Shown here: positions 1-12,160 of the stretch, piece by piece
Numbering within the stretch: the first letter of the stretch is position 1
Layout: every line of letters starts with the position of its first letter
Assembly (NCBI GenBank): GCA_051294375.1
Contig: CM119266.1
Coordinates: 26,447,387 to 26,511,386, forward strand
Direction: 5' to 3'
DNA: 64,000 nucleotides
Origin: Paraspadella gotoi
Lineage: Eukaryota; Animalia; Chaetognatha
The notes under the pieces: generated by a model
The model's database searches: none
What the model saw: only the letters and a program-made list of their open reading frames with translations
What the model was told of the DNA's origin: nothing
Made by a program: the position numbers and the translations under genes

Positions 1-265
1 ATTGTAACGCTTTTGCGCATAAGTGGCGTCGTTGTCGTCGTCGGCGGCGTCGTGCATGTTATCATTTTGCTATTTTTCAGAAACTGTAATTTTAATTTTT
101 TTCCGTACTTTATTATTTTTTTATTGACAGTCGCAAAATAGAATTTTTCTTTGTTTATAATTTAATTTTCTTTTCTCAAATTTCCTTTTTTTTTAGTATC
201 AAAATTTGTCGTCAATCCAGATTTTTCTTATGCTATTGCGACGATCCTTATGCTTTTAAGATTTT
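1..265 (+). mobile_element. 3' part of a HINE-like (family B) non-autonomous element
   Basis: Ends in TTGCGACGATCCTTATGCTTTTAAGATT, the same 3' terminus as 54404-54435; the body matches parts of 51075-51780 and 54300-54435. Confidence 0.65.
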
Positions 266-329
266 TAAAAATTGTTTTAAGATCTATCGAAGTAGTTTTA
301 GTTGGCGACTTCGCCATGGCGATATCCCT

Positions 330-835
330 GGCAGTGTCGCCAGTACCCTCACAGGCGACCCCGCGAATATGACGAAAGAGGCTCGCGGGTGACGTTGAGG
401 CACGGGGATGAACGAGAGACTAGTGTTAGGATTGGGGGAGAGGCCCACGGCTGACGCAGGTAGGGTTTAAGTTGAGGCACGAAGATGTACAGGAGGCCCG
501 GGTTTGGGTTCGAGGAGAGGCACGGAGTTGAATGGGAGGCCCGAGTTGGGGTTAGAGGAGAGGCCCGCGGTTGGCCCAGCGAAGGTGGTTAGGGTTGAGG
601 CACGGAGATATACGGGAGGCCCGGGTTAAGGATGGGGGAGAGGCCCGCGGGTGACGCTAGGGTTTTGGCTCGGCATAAGACAGGGGGCCCGGGTTAGGGC
701 TAGGGAAGTGGCTCGCGAGCCGGGAGAACTGGTTAGGGTTTGGATCGGGGCCCGAGTAAGGGTTGAGCGGGGAGGCTTGCTGGCGATGTCGTGAGCGGGG
801 CAATGGATTAGATTTAGGGTTAGGGCCACGGAGGC
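330..835. repeat. GC-rich degenerate minisatellite with TTAGGG-like runs
   Basis: Recurrent blocks such as GGGTTGAGGCACGGAGAT...GAGGCCCGGGTT...GGGGGAGAGGCCCGCGG; G-rich on the + strand. Confidence 0.6.
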
Positions 836-1279
836 CGAGGCGCGAACGCCATTTGCACAGTCGTGTAGATCCTAACTTAATAAGGCTGTAGCTCGTGTCG
901 GAAAAATCTCTTTCCAGATTCAACAATATAGCTCTATAATTGATTTATTTATTAGTCGGATCTGCTTATCAGCAGATCCCGACCGGTTGCTGATTATTTT
1001 TTTCTTTCAAAAAACTTTATTATCGCCATTTATTCACGCTTTTTTCTCCAATACAAAAATCCAATTACATGTTGAAGATATCTTATTGCCTGGATTTTGT
1101 GGCCGTTGCAGGTCAACGAGTAAAACAATGTCAAGAACATGACCTAATAACGCGTTGGTGGCAACTGAAACTTTACATGTATAAAAAAAAAGTCAACTTG
1201 ACCGAGATCACGCCCGCCGTTGCGATGCAACGGATAACGATATAAACGAGAGTGAACCTAATATTGCGTATCGTTGGGC

Positions 1280-2948
1280 GGGAAACTCTCTCCTCTCTCT
1301 TCTCTTTTAAAAAAAAAATTATTAATATTTTTTCACTCAGCGTCTGTACAGCTTTCTTCTGCTCTCTCTATCTCTCTCTTCTCTCTCTCTCTCTCCCTGC
1401 CTCTTTTCTCTTTGCCAATTGCGACAATCCTTATGCTCATTTTTCTGCTCTCTTTCTCTTTTGCAATGTGTGACGATCCTTATGCTCATTTTTCTGCTCT
1501 CTCTCTCTCTCTCTCTCTCTATCCACTCACAAAATTTCATCTCAATCTATTTTGGGTTAAAATAAGTAAAAAGATTCAAGTAAATGTGACTCATATTTTG
1601 ATTAATTTTAGAGTACTTATTGGTTAAAATGTAAAAATATTTTAAGTAAATGCGGACTTATGTTTTTTCACTTAAACCATTTCCACCACACGATTCGTCG
1701 AAACTTTTATCCAGCTTTATCACACACTTTCCTACGACACACAAAATTTCATTCCAATCCAACCAGCCAATCACCGAGTTATTGAGCTTTTTGCTAGGTG
1801 GACGGATGGAGGATTGATTGACTGATTAATTAATTATTGATTAATTAATTGACAAATTGATAATTAACTGATTAATTATTTGATTTATTTATACATCCTG
1901 CATTTACATTTAATATAAAATTAAAAAAGCATAATTAATTAGTGAAACAGGTTTTTTGTTTTTTCCATTTAAACTCATTTCCACTCAAAAGATTCCATCG
2001 AAACTTGGTTTCCTGTTAACCACACACGTTTTACTCAAATACAAAATTTCAGGTCATATCGATAATTAAGTGGTAATAAGCTAACTTGGTCAACTTGCAT
2101 AATTTAATCAACTTGCATAATTTAGTCAACTGACATAATTTGGTTAACTGACATAATTTGGTCTACTGACATAATTTGGTCAACTGACATAATTTGATCA
2201 GCTGACATAATTTGATCAATTAAGATAATTTGGTCAACTGGCATAATTTATCAACTGGCCTAATTTGGTTAACTGGCATAATTTGGTCAACAGGCATAAT
2301 TTGGTCAACTTGCAGAACTTGATCAACTTGCAGAATTTTGTCAACTGGCATAATTTGGTCAACTTTAAGAATTTGGTCAACTGGCATATTTTGTCAATTT
2401 GCATAATTTGGTCAATCAATCAATCAATCAATCAACAGAGAGAGATAGAGAGAGAGAAACTTTAAAAAATTCAAATGTGTCTTTTGGTTTTTCTTATTTG
2501 AACTCTTTTCCACTCCTACGATTCCATCTAAAAATTTATATCCAGCTTTATCACATACTTTCCTACACACACACAAAATTCAATTTCGATTTATCTATCC
2601 AATTTTTAATAAACATAATAATTAATTAGTAGTAAATTTAAGTAAAAATACTTTAAGTAAATATGACTTTTGTTTTTTCCATATTTAACTCATTTCCACT
2701 CGCACGATTCCCTCGAAACTTCATATCCATCTCAATCACACAGTTTTCTACCCACACACAAAATTTCATACCAATTATCCATCCAATCACGAGTAATTGG
2801 AGTTTTTGCTAAGGTGGGACGGACGGACGGACAGACAGACGGACAGACAGACATCGGTTTTTTTTGCATAATTTATCATAATTCGATGTTCTGACATGAT
2901 TAAGTGTGTGCCGCAATATTGAGGGGCGACGACAAAGTGAATTATAGA
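1280..2948 (-). mobile_element. HINE/DINE-1-like element (family A), partial
   Basis: Collinear with 43080-44375; (GGAC/AGAC)n microsatellite at 2817-2852; runs into the gap at GACAAAGTGAATTATAG, just before the expected terminal hairpin. Confidence 0.7.
2085..2415. repeat. 18-bp tandem repeat (AACTGGCATAATTTGGTC)n, about 18 units, inside the HINE
   Basis: Directly visible tandem units; two reverse-complement units at about 21592-21630. Confidence 0.85.
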
Positions 2949-2973
2949 NNNNNNNNNNNNNNNNNNNNNNNNN

Positions 2974-5380
2974 TCGATATTTTATATTTAATTAATCGAA
3001 TAATTAATTAATTAATTTTATTATGTTAATATTATTTTAATTTATATTACTACTATCAAGTAATCTATGTCCTTTAATTGGTGTTAGGACAGGTTTATTT
3101 ATGTTTTGTTTACATATTATCAAAAACAAAACAAAATATCTCTATTCTTATTTTATGTCCTCTTCTCTCCTCACTCTCTCACTCTCTTACATTCTTCTCT
3201 CTTTTTTATGCAATTGGCGACCCGATCTTTAATGCTTTTAAGATCTTTTAACTGCACTATTTTTTCACATTATTAATTAATTAAAACATTTTATTAGTAA
3301 TCACTAATATTAAAATTCAGGTACAATTGAGTGTACCTTACTATTTTATCTTTTAAATCTAAACCAATTCCGTACATGGACAATCCGTTCGAAAACTTAT
3401 ATAATTCAATTATTATATTAAATAATTTAACAAGCTTCCAGTGCAACCAATGACATAATTCAAAAGTTACATTGAAAATCGATTTTAGCTAGTAAAGGAT
3501 AAAAAAATTTTTAAAGCAGAACTAGAAGTTATTAAAAAATGTTCAATAATTTCCGCCTTTACTAGAATATATTCAATGTTGATTAAAACAAGATTATCGG
3601 AAATAATAATTTTATCAATTTTTATGTATTTTTGTAATGTATTTTACAGTATTTTCTTATTCAGTGAAGTAAAAGAACAACTTTTTTATTCGCTAATGTT
3701 TAATCTCGACTCTCTCTCTTCTCTTCTCTTTTGCAAAATTGCAACGATCCAATTGCTTTCATTTTTTCTGCCTCTCTCTCTCTCTCTCTCTCCCTGCTCG
3801 TCTCTCTCTCTCTCTCTTCTTTGCAATTGCGACGAATCCTTATGCTCATTTTTCTGCTCTCTTTCTCTTTTGACATTGTTGACGATCTCCTATTGCTCAT
3901 TTTTCTGCTCTCTCTCTCTCTCTCTCTCTCTATCCACTCACAAAAATTCATCTCAATCTATTTATGGGTTAAAATAAGTAAAAAGATTCAAGTAAATGTG
4001 ACTCATATTTTGATTAATATAGTTTAGTACTTATTGGTTAAAATAAGTAAATATTTAAGTAAATGCGGACTTATGTTTTTTCCACTTAAACTCATTTCTC
4101 ACTCACACGATTCCGTCGAAACTTATTATCCAGCTTCTATTTCACACACTTTCTACACACACAAAATTTCATTCCAAGTCCAACTCAGCCAACACGCCAG
4201 TTAATGGAGCTTTTTGCATAGTGGACGGATGGACGGATTGATTGACTGATTAATTAATTATTGATTAATTAATTGACAAATTGATAATTAACTGATTAAT
4301 TATTTGATTTATTTATACATCCTGCATTTACATTTAATATAAAATTAAAAAAGCATAATTAATTAGTGAAACAGGTTTTTTGTTTTTTCCATTTAAACTC
4401 ATTCCACTCAAAAGATTCCATCGAAACTTGGTTTCCTGTTCAACCACACACGCTGTTTCACTCAAATACAAAATTCAGGTCATATCGATAATTAAGTGGT
4501 AATAAGCTAACTTGGTCAACTTGCATAATTTAATCAACTTGCATATTTAGTCAAACTCGACATAATTTGGTTAACTGACACTATTTGTTCTATGACATAC
4601 ATTTGTGGCAACTAGACATGAAAATTTTGTATCAGACTGAAGTCAATAAAATTTTTTTGAAATTTACCCATATTAAGAATAATATTGGCTTCAAACTACG
4701 GACACATAATTCTTCAATTCAAAACTGGGCCCATTAATTTGAGTTACAACTGGCATTAATTTGGTCAAAAAGAGTGACTATTAAAAATTATAGGATCAAC
4801 CTGAAGAACTTTGATCAACTTGCAAGCAAATTTACTTCTGGTCACTCGCATTAATAGTTGATCAAACTTTTTAAGAATTGTGATTTCTCCGAGACTGATG
4901 ATAGTTTGGGTCATTAGTCTGCATGAGATATCTGCGAAGTCAATCAACAATATCCAAATACGAATCATAGATGAGAGGATGAGAGAGAGAGAAACTTGTA
5001 AAAAATTCAAAATGTGTCTTTTGGTTTCTATGGATTTAGTAATCTCTTTTCCAACCCTATCGATTTCCATCCCTATACAAATTTTATATCCAGCTTTATC
5101 AACATAGACTGTTTCCTACGACACACCAGAAAATTCAACTTTCGATTGTATCTTCCTCAATTTTTAGTAACATAATGAAATAATTAATTTAATTTTTGGG
5201 AGTGAATATTTAACTAAAAATACTATAAGTCTAAATTGACCTTATTGTTTTTTTCTCATAGTTTTAAACTCATTTTCCAACTTGCCGGAACTCGTTTCGC
5301 TCCGGAAACGTTCGTAATCTACTCAATCACACAGTTCATCTAGCTCACACACAAATTTGATATCACATCTATATCCCATC
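2974..5380 (-). repeat. Indel-rich copy of HINE family A, probably low-quality gap-fill sequence
   Basis: About 3700-5380 repeats 1290-2780 with increasing single-base indels; follows a 25-N gap. Confidence 0.6.
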
Positions 5381-5881
5381 TTCTATTTTGGCAGATCCGA
5401 CATTGTTTGCTCAAACTTGTTTTTTTTAACAGCCAAATTTTCAAGACGTTGCTTACTTTCGCCGAACAAAGCTTTTAGTAGATGATGAAAATAGTTAGGC
5501 CACAAAATTGAATTCATTTGTTAAATTTCAATGAAATGGTTCTGTTTATCGGTATCTTGTTTTCTATTAAAAATCAAAGTTCCTTCGAAAATGGTTAATC
5601 TTATTAATATTGATTTTAACTGATACTAGTAAGAACCAGCTTTCATTGTAGCAGGCATTGCCTAAGTTCGCCACGTAATTAATCATTTCCTAATGTAAAG
5701 CTAATGCCCTACATAAAGCTGTATGCCGCCTTGAGGGGGTAGCGAATCCCTAAACCTGGCTCAAAGCCCAGGACCCATTCTCTACCTTTTAGAGAGGGTT
5801 AAAAAGAGTAACAGAGTAACAGAGAGGATAATTTTTATATTGGTTGTACCAATTTCAGATAATCTTCTTCAGTCCGCTTAG

Positions 5882-8046
5882 GACACAATGAAAAATGGCG
5901 TAACGTTACTGTTCCGTGCATAAAAAAAATTCACTGTTCAATATTATTATATTTATTTTTCTTTTTTAAAACGTTTTTTAGATATGACTGAATATAGGGT
6001 GAAAGATGATAAATTTTTTTAAAAAGTTACTTATTCATATTTATTCATAGAATTGTAATAGAAAAAATAAAAAAAATAATAGTACTAATAGTTAGTGTTA
6101 TGTCTCAAATAGGTGGAAAAAAACCTCATTTAAAAATTCGATCGGGAAGTGGGGTAACTAAAGCTTACCAATGGCATCCTCCACGCCGATTGTTCTCTCA
6201 AATAATTTTTTTTATTTAATACATTTGAAGGAAAAAAAAGAAAATTTGGAATGTAGGTTGCAGAAAGGGTACAGATAATCTGGACTTATTGATATGATAA
6301 CCATGACCTTTTTTATCTTGTGAAATGGGGCAGTAAAGAAATCTAAAAAATTTCATCATTAAGTCAGTCAATGAACCTTTCCAATGGGCTATTACGAGAA
6401 ATATTTTTCTTTATTAAAATGGATGATAAATAATAGCATTAAATTCCTTGCTATATTAAAAAAAAATTATCAATACAATTTAACACAATGATGTTTTGCT
6501 TTGTCAAATATGTTACCAGCTATATAATTTTTTACAACTTTATTATGATAAACAAGCAGTGTGTCAAGCTTTTAGTTTGCAGTTAAAGATAATGAAAAAT
6601 GACGATTTTTTTTTACAGACAAGAAGGTAGATGTCCAGACTGTTTATATCAAGCTAAAAACATTTTTGTATTTATCATTTTTAATATTTAAAAATTCATT
6701 TTATCAAGCTATAACATAAATTTTTGCTTGTTTTTTACTTTAACTGAAAAATATAAGCAATTTTATGGAATAAAAAAAATTTAATAATAAACAAAATGTA
6801 ATTCAGTCTTTCCTTTTTCAAATTACAAAAGAAAAAAAAAAATTTCATATGCCTTCATTGAAATTTTTAAAGCAAAAACTGTTTATACTTTTAATTCTGA
6901 TTTAAACAAAAGCTGTGTAAAGATTTATGGATTTAATTTAATAAAACTCTTTTAGAAAGGTGTCCCATGATTAAGGCTTTAATTTGATACCACATCCACC
7001 TTGCTACCTCTTTTCTTTTATTTAAAAAAATAATTTTTTTTAAATTACGCAGTACAAAACTTTGTTAAATAAAAATTTTGGCAAAGCGGGAGTATCTCAC
7101 TTATTTCTATTGGTACAATACTTAAACTTCAAAAAAAATTTGAAAAAAAATTTTTTTGTCATTTAGAGACATATCACTTTCAGATGTACCTATCGTATAA
7201 TAATTTATTTATTTATTTCCCCAAAAAAGCTTAATTAGAAAAGTTGAAATTTTTTTAATTTTTTGGAAAAAAAATTTTGTCCGACCTATGCTCATTGAGA
7301 ATAATGGTTTTGCATAGAAAATCAAAATATCAAAAAAATAAAAAAATCAGCCTCTAGAAAAATCGAAAGGCTTGAGGCTGATTTTTTTAGAATTGCAAAA
7401 TTTTTTTCCTGATTCATAATCCATTATTCTCAAAATTTCAAAATATTTTTTCCAAAATCATTCAATTTTTTTTTATTAATTTAAAATGTTTTTATGATGT
7501 TATTTTTGTTTGAAAGAATTGAAAAAAAGTGAAAAATATAGTAATTATATAAGGTTTTTGAAAATACCTTTAAAATATTAAATAATTAGATACAAGGGAA
7601 GTAAGCAGAGAAAACTTCCCATTCATAAAGAAAATTGAAAATGAATTTGTCATATTGTTATTTAGATTAATTGACTAATTACAAACAAATGATTCATATC
7701 AATTGAGGAAATGATGGGTAAAAAATATTCATCTTGGTCTCGGTTAACTATTAGGTTATCGTTAAAGTTTTGTTTTAATAATATTAATTTTTTTTTGCAT
7801 TTATAAAAGCAATGGTCTAAAATTTTGTAAGCGTTTCGAGCTATATTGCTTCATCTTTTTTTTACTATTTTTGATCGAGTTAGCTTTTTTGTTGATGGTC
7901 AATGGTTATGGTCAGATACAGTAATGTCCAGTAGTGTATATCGCACATATTACCAAAAGTAATGATCAATTAATTTGGCTCAGAAACAATTTTAAAGGGA
8001 CAAAATCAGCACGAGACCGTTTCGCCACGTTATTTTTCATTGTGTC
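5882..8046. mobile_element. ~2.2-kb non-autonomous DNA transposon, copy 1
   Basis: TIR GACACAATGAAAAA / TTTTTCATTGTGTC; TTAG on both flanks (candidate 4-bp TSD); highly similar to 12161-14700. Confidence 0.85.
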
Positions 8047-8354
8047 TTAGCGCCTTGTTCACATCTTGGTTATTTTTAATTAGCTTATCTAAAATAATGT
8101 AATAAAATTGAAATTATCTAAGTTTCTAAACATAATGATTATCATTATGGCATTTGTAGATATTTGTTTTAGCTATGTACATATTTCTAAATAAATTTAC
8201 CTTATTTTGGTAGCATTGATTTTTAGACCTTAAGTTCTGACTACGTTTTTAGTTGCGCCGCAAGTACTCGCGGAGCACCTGTCACTTTTCGGTCGGTATG
8301 TGGTATGTTGAAACTATGTTGATCGGTCAGTATAAAGGATAAAAGATGGAGTAG

Positions 8355-8541
8355 CTAATTTTTACTTTCGCCGACCGCGGTTTTGGCGGCTTTTGAAAAA
8401 CCATTTAAAAATATTTATTTAAAAAAAAAATGTTAATTAATAATTACCCTAACCACCACTAACCCTAAACCACCCTTAACCCTAACCTCTCCCTAACCCT
8501 AACCTCTCCCTAACCCCGGTCGGCGAAAGTAAAAATAACCC
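8355..8541. mobile_element. Fold-back MITE with internal CCCTAA-like repeats
   Basis: IR TTTTACTTTCGCCGACC / GGTCGGCGAAAGTAAAA around an AACCCT array; other copies at 46828-47023, 55432-55575 and (partial) 45255-45375. Confidence 0.75.
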
Positions 8542-10643
8542 GATGGAATTCCTGTGCAGTGCATGTCATAAATACACGAGCTCAGAGTTATTTTAGTTAA
8601 TACGTGGTAGACTGGTAAGACATTACTTAATGCTTCTTGTGCATGTTTCATACTTATGTTAGATATGTCGTTCCGCGCTTAAAAAAAAAAATCCGAAAGA
8701 ACGAAGCGGTTTCTGATAATTTTGGTTCCTAGCAATTTTTGCACCAGTAGCGCAGTAAATATTACAAAACCATGGATGATTTCGGAAATTGCAGTGTTTA
8801 GGCTATCCAACGCCGCTGGAACAAAGAAAATCCAAAGGTCTTGACGAAAAAATACTGAAAATAAACAAGGCGCTTAGTCTGAATTCTTTTTAAATTTTTT
8901 TTATCTTGCGGTATTTACTGTATAAGTCTAATAAATATACAGCGGTCATGCACTGATTCCGATTCTGTTGGGTTTAGCCTAACTTTCAAGCACATAACGA
9001 AAAAAATAAATTGACGTCATAGTAAGAAATAATAGCAATTCATCCAAATTTTTTTCTCAAAATTTGTTGTCATTTTTGTTTCTTACTGTTTTTGCCAAAC
9101 ATGCCCTTTAAAATTATAAAAATAAAGATTAGCTAATGAAACTACAATGTCTTATGTACATTTCATTGCCGGAACAAAGAAAATTCATTGATATCATAGT
9201 ATCAATATGGAGCCTTGAAATAACTCATTTTCTTTGCAATTTACCCCTTTATTGATAAAAGCCTTGTATTATAATAAAAAATAAAAACAACAATTTTACC
9301 ATACAGCTACATGCATTAGCGTGTTATTAAAAGATTGTAGTGCTTTTTTAATAAAAAATTGTTATATTAATATAGCTAATGGGCATTATGCAAATGTTTT
9401 GATTTGCACCTGAAGATGACAAAAATTTAAAAATCTGATATTACAGTCTTTTAGCCCTCTGTCAGTAGTTTTTAAATCAGCCGGAACAAAGTTTTAACTA
9501 ATAAATTTTCATATTTAAAACATATGTTTTTTAAGGTTCCTACATGAATTTTTAAATTTTTGTTGTTTTCAACAAAATGATAATTCATTATCCTTAGTAA
9601 TTATATAAACATTTGAAGTATAGAAAATTTTTGTTTATATCAGAAACATAATTCAATCTTTTCTCTTTCAGAATCTATATTTATGTATTTTTTTAAATAC
9701 GGCCAAGTGTGTTTAATTTAATTTCAAAAGTTGTTATACTTTTGACTGAGATTCCGATCCAGATTTTAAAAAAATCCTTTGTAACATCTGAGAAAAATTA
9801 TATGGAAAAGATTCCCCATAATTATGGCTTTAATATGATACCAGTCTCATTGTTCTATCATTTTTGTTTCAAAAGATATCAAAGAAAATGAATTTTTTTA
9901 ATACCAATTAAGTCACTCGGCCGAAGCTAAAAATTTAAGTGGAACCAAAAAGAAAATTTAACGAACGCAGATTTGTTTTAAAAATTGGGCGTGGAAAATG
10001 ACCATTTTTTGTAGATTATTTTTCAACGTGTGGGCCGATTGATTTGAAATGTTACATCAACAATATTGACACCATTTCCTATCAGTAAATGTAAAAATAT
10101 TTAAAATAACATTATAAACGACCAGGGAACTTGCCTATCTACTTATGTAGTCTTGCGACCTCGCAAAACAGTGGTCACGTAATCACAAAGTAAATGCGGC
10201 ATATGTCTGGTTGTTTGAAATGAAACTTTGCAGAGTAGTGATCAACCATAACACGTTTGTTATACATAATTTCACAGGGAAATACCCGTGAAAAGAAAGT
10301 CACTGCGGCGCAACACATTGGATAAATCGATCTTGTTTAATTATAAAGAAATATAATTACTGAAATAATTTTAGATATAACTAAATTTGAAAAGATTTTT
10401 CAATTTTGTTTGGATTTGCCTATTTGAAATACTTTATCCATGTAGTATTGTAGATGCTTCAATTCTAATTGTGTATTGAATAAAGCTGAAATTTATATTT
10501 TATATTGAGTGCGTAAGTGTTAGTTTATATTTTCGCTCCAAAGATTAAGTGATCGAAATTGAACATTAGCCAGATCAACTTCTAACGAGCCAAAATGTTG
10601 GATCCGGATTTTCTAATAAAATAACCGCTAACAAATGAATGGA

Positions 10644-11306
10644 TTACGATTCTCCGACGTCGTCGTCGTGAATTCTTATTTGTTCTTCTCGATCACCTTC
10701 TGTGTTTTTACTTTCTCTTTCTTGTCTTTTATTAAACTTTGTATCGGCCAGTTCGTCAGCGAGGTAATCTTCTGAAAATCCCAAATCTTTTCTCAGCTGT
10801 TGATGCAGTTCCTTGGCTTTGAAGCTTTTGATGACCTCTTCACCGGCCTGTTCAGCCCGCCGAGTGATGACTTCCTTGAGAATAGTTTCTGACACGCAGC
10901 CTGTCGTCAATACGTCGGCCGTTACGTCCTGTACAAACTTTAGATAAACTAACTCTTGCTCTTCTTTAGATTTTATCTTGTTTTTTATCGCCATTTCGTT
11001 GTCCGACTCTTTCTTCGACGTATTAGTGATGTCGTCTTGTTTTTTTTCGGCGTGGTCCTGTATCTCGTGATGTTGTTCATCCTCACGTTTTTTCGATCCA
11101 ATTTCACTATCTGAGCTTTCAAAATCTGTTTTTGAATTAGAAACTTCTTCCGTGAACAAAAGTTGTTCTCCTTTTCCTGTCGTTGATTCTTCCTCTGTGT
11201 GTCCGCTTTTGAGAGGCGCTAAAATTTTCGGGTTGGCTTCAGACGACCTAGCATTTTGTCGTTCCATCTTCAAACCCTGCTGCTTTTTAATCCAACGTAA
11301 ATGGTC
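10644..11306 (-). CDS. SPATA7: SPATA7 homologue, exon 6 of 6 (terminal)
   Basis: CAG acceptor at 11309-11307, phase 0, stop at 10644. EEQELVYLKFVQDVTADVLTTG...LHQQLRKDLG resembles the SPATA7 C-terminal conserved block (EEELLYLSFIEDVTDEILKLG...LKVDLG). Confidence 0.85.
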   Translation of the reverse strand, partial: DHLRWIKKQQGLKMERQNARSSEANPKILAPLKSGHTEEESTTGKGEQLLFTEEVSNSKTDFESSDSEIGSKKREDEQHHEIQDHAEKKQDDITNTSKKESDNEMAIKNKIKSKEEQELVYLKFVQDVTADVLTTGCVSETILKEVITRRAEQAGEEVIKSFKAKELHQQLRKDLGFSEDYLADELADTKFNKRQERESKNTEGDREEQIRIHDDDVGES

Positions 11307-12160
11307 CTGGAATGTGCAAAAAGATTATTATGAAAACACCAATAGCACCAACAGTCATATACTATGTAGTTTGATTTTTACTTAATTTCAAATATATCCG
11401 GATTTCAGTCTAGAGTAATACATGGAATTACAATATGTTTACCCCGCCAATAAGTATGTAACCTCAGTCGTGACCCGGTGGCTCATTGCTAAAGTAATAC
11501 CATCAGCTCATGACCATCCCCAATGGTACCTACCCTGCGGGAAGCGTGAGGACGGCCATAAACCGGCAAGACCCCCTCGCACGGGCTGATAAACCAAAGA
11601 AGTTGCCCACTAAGCACCTTATCCACACTGGTAAGCCTATCCTGTCCAGCGTATTCCAACCTTTTAATTCCAGGCCCTTGGACTAGCTGCTTCCCTCTAC
11701 TGGGGGCATGTAGTCGGACATTGCAATATGTTCACTATGGTGAAGTGATAAAAACATTGAGCGTTTGAACAATGTTTTTTGCTGCCTTTGTATATGTAAT
11801 AAAAAATAATTAAGCCATTTTTTCAAAAAAAAATTGCATAACAGTATCATAAATTGAATTTTCTTTATAGTAATATCCTTATAAAATCGTAAAATTTCAA
11901 AATATTTTTTTTTCAATTTTAAGAACAGTTTCGGATTAGCCAGAAAAAAACTGAAAAACTTTTGTAAAATATGTTTTATGATATTTTTAGGTTAAAGCTG
12001 CGAAAAATGACAAACGTTTTATCATATAATAGTTTCAATAACAGAAAGTAAAAAAGAATATAATTTTGACCTTTTTTCCATTTTTGACGCTGAAGACATT
12101 GGAATTTTTAATGATTTTAATTTTTAATGATTGTGTTAGTGACAGAACCGTTCAATATAA

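Noticed and set aside
626-926. Pro-rich minus-strand ORFs
   Set aside because: Translations of the G-rich minisatellite; no domain or splice support.
2085-2415. Possible CRISPR-like array
   Set aside because: Contiguous 18-bp units with no unique spacers, eukaryotic context, no cas genes.
1252-5107. Many short L/S/F-rich or ERER ORFs, including the periodic 'LVNWHN' ORFs
   Set aside because: Products of (CT)n tracts and the 18-bp tandem inside HINE repeats.
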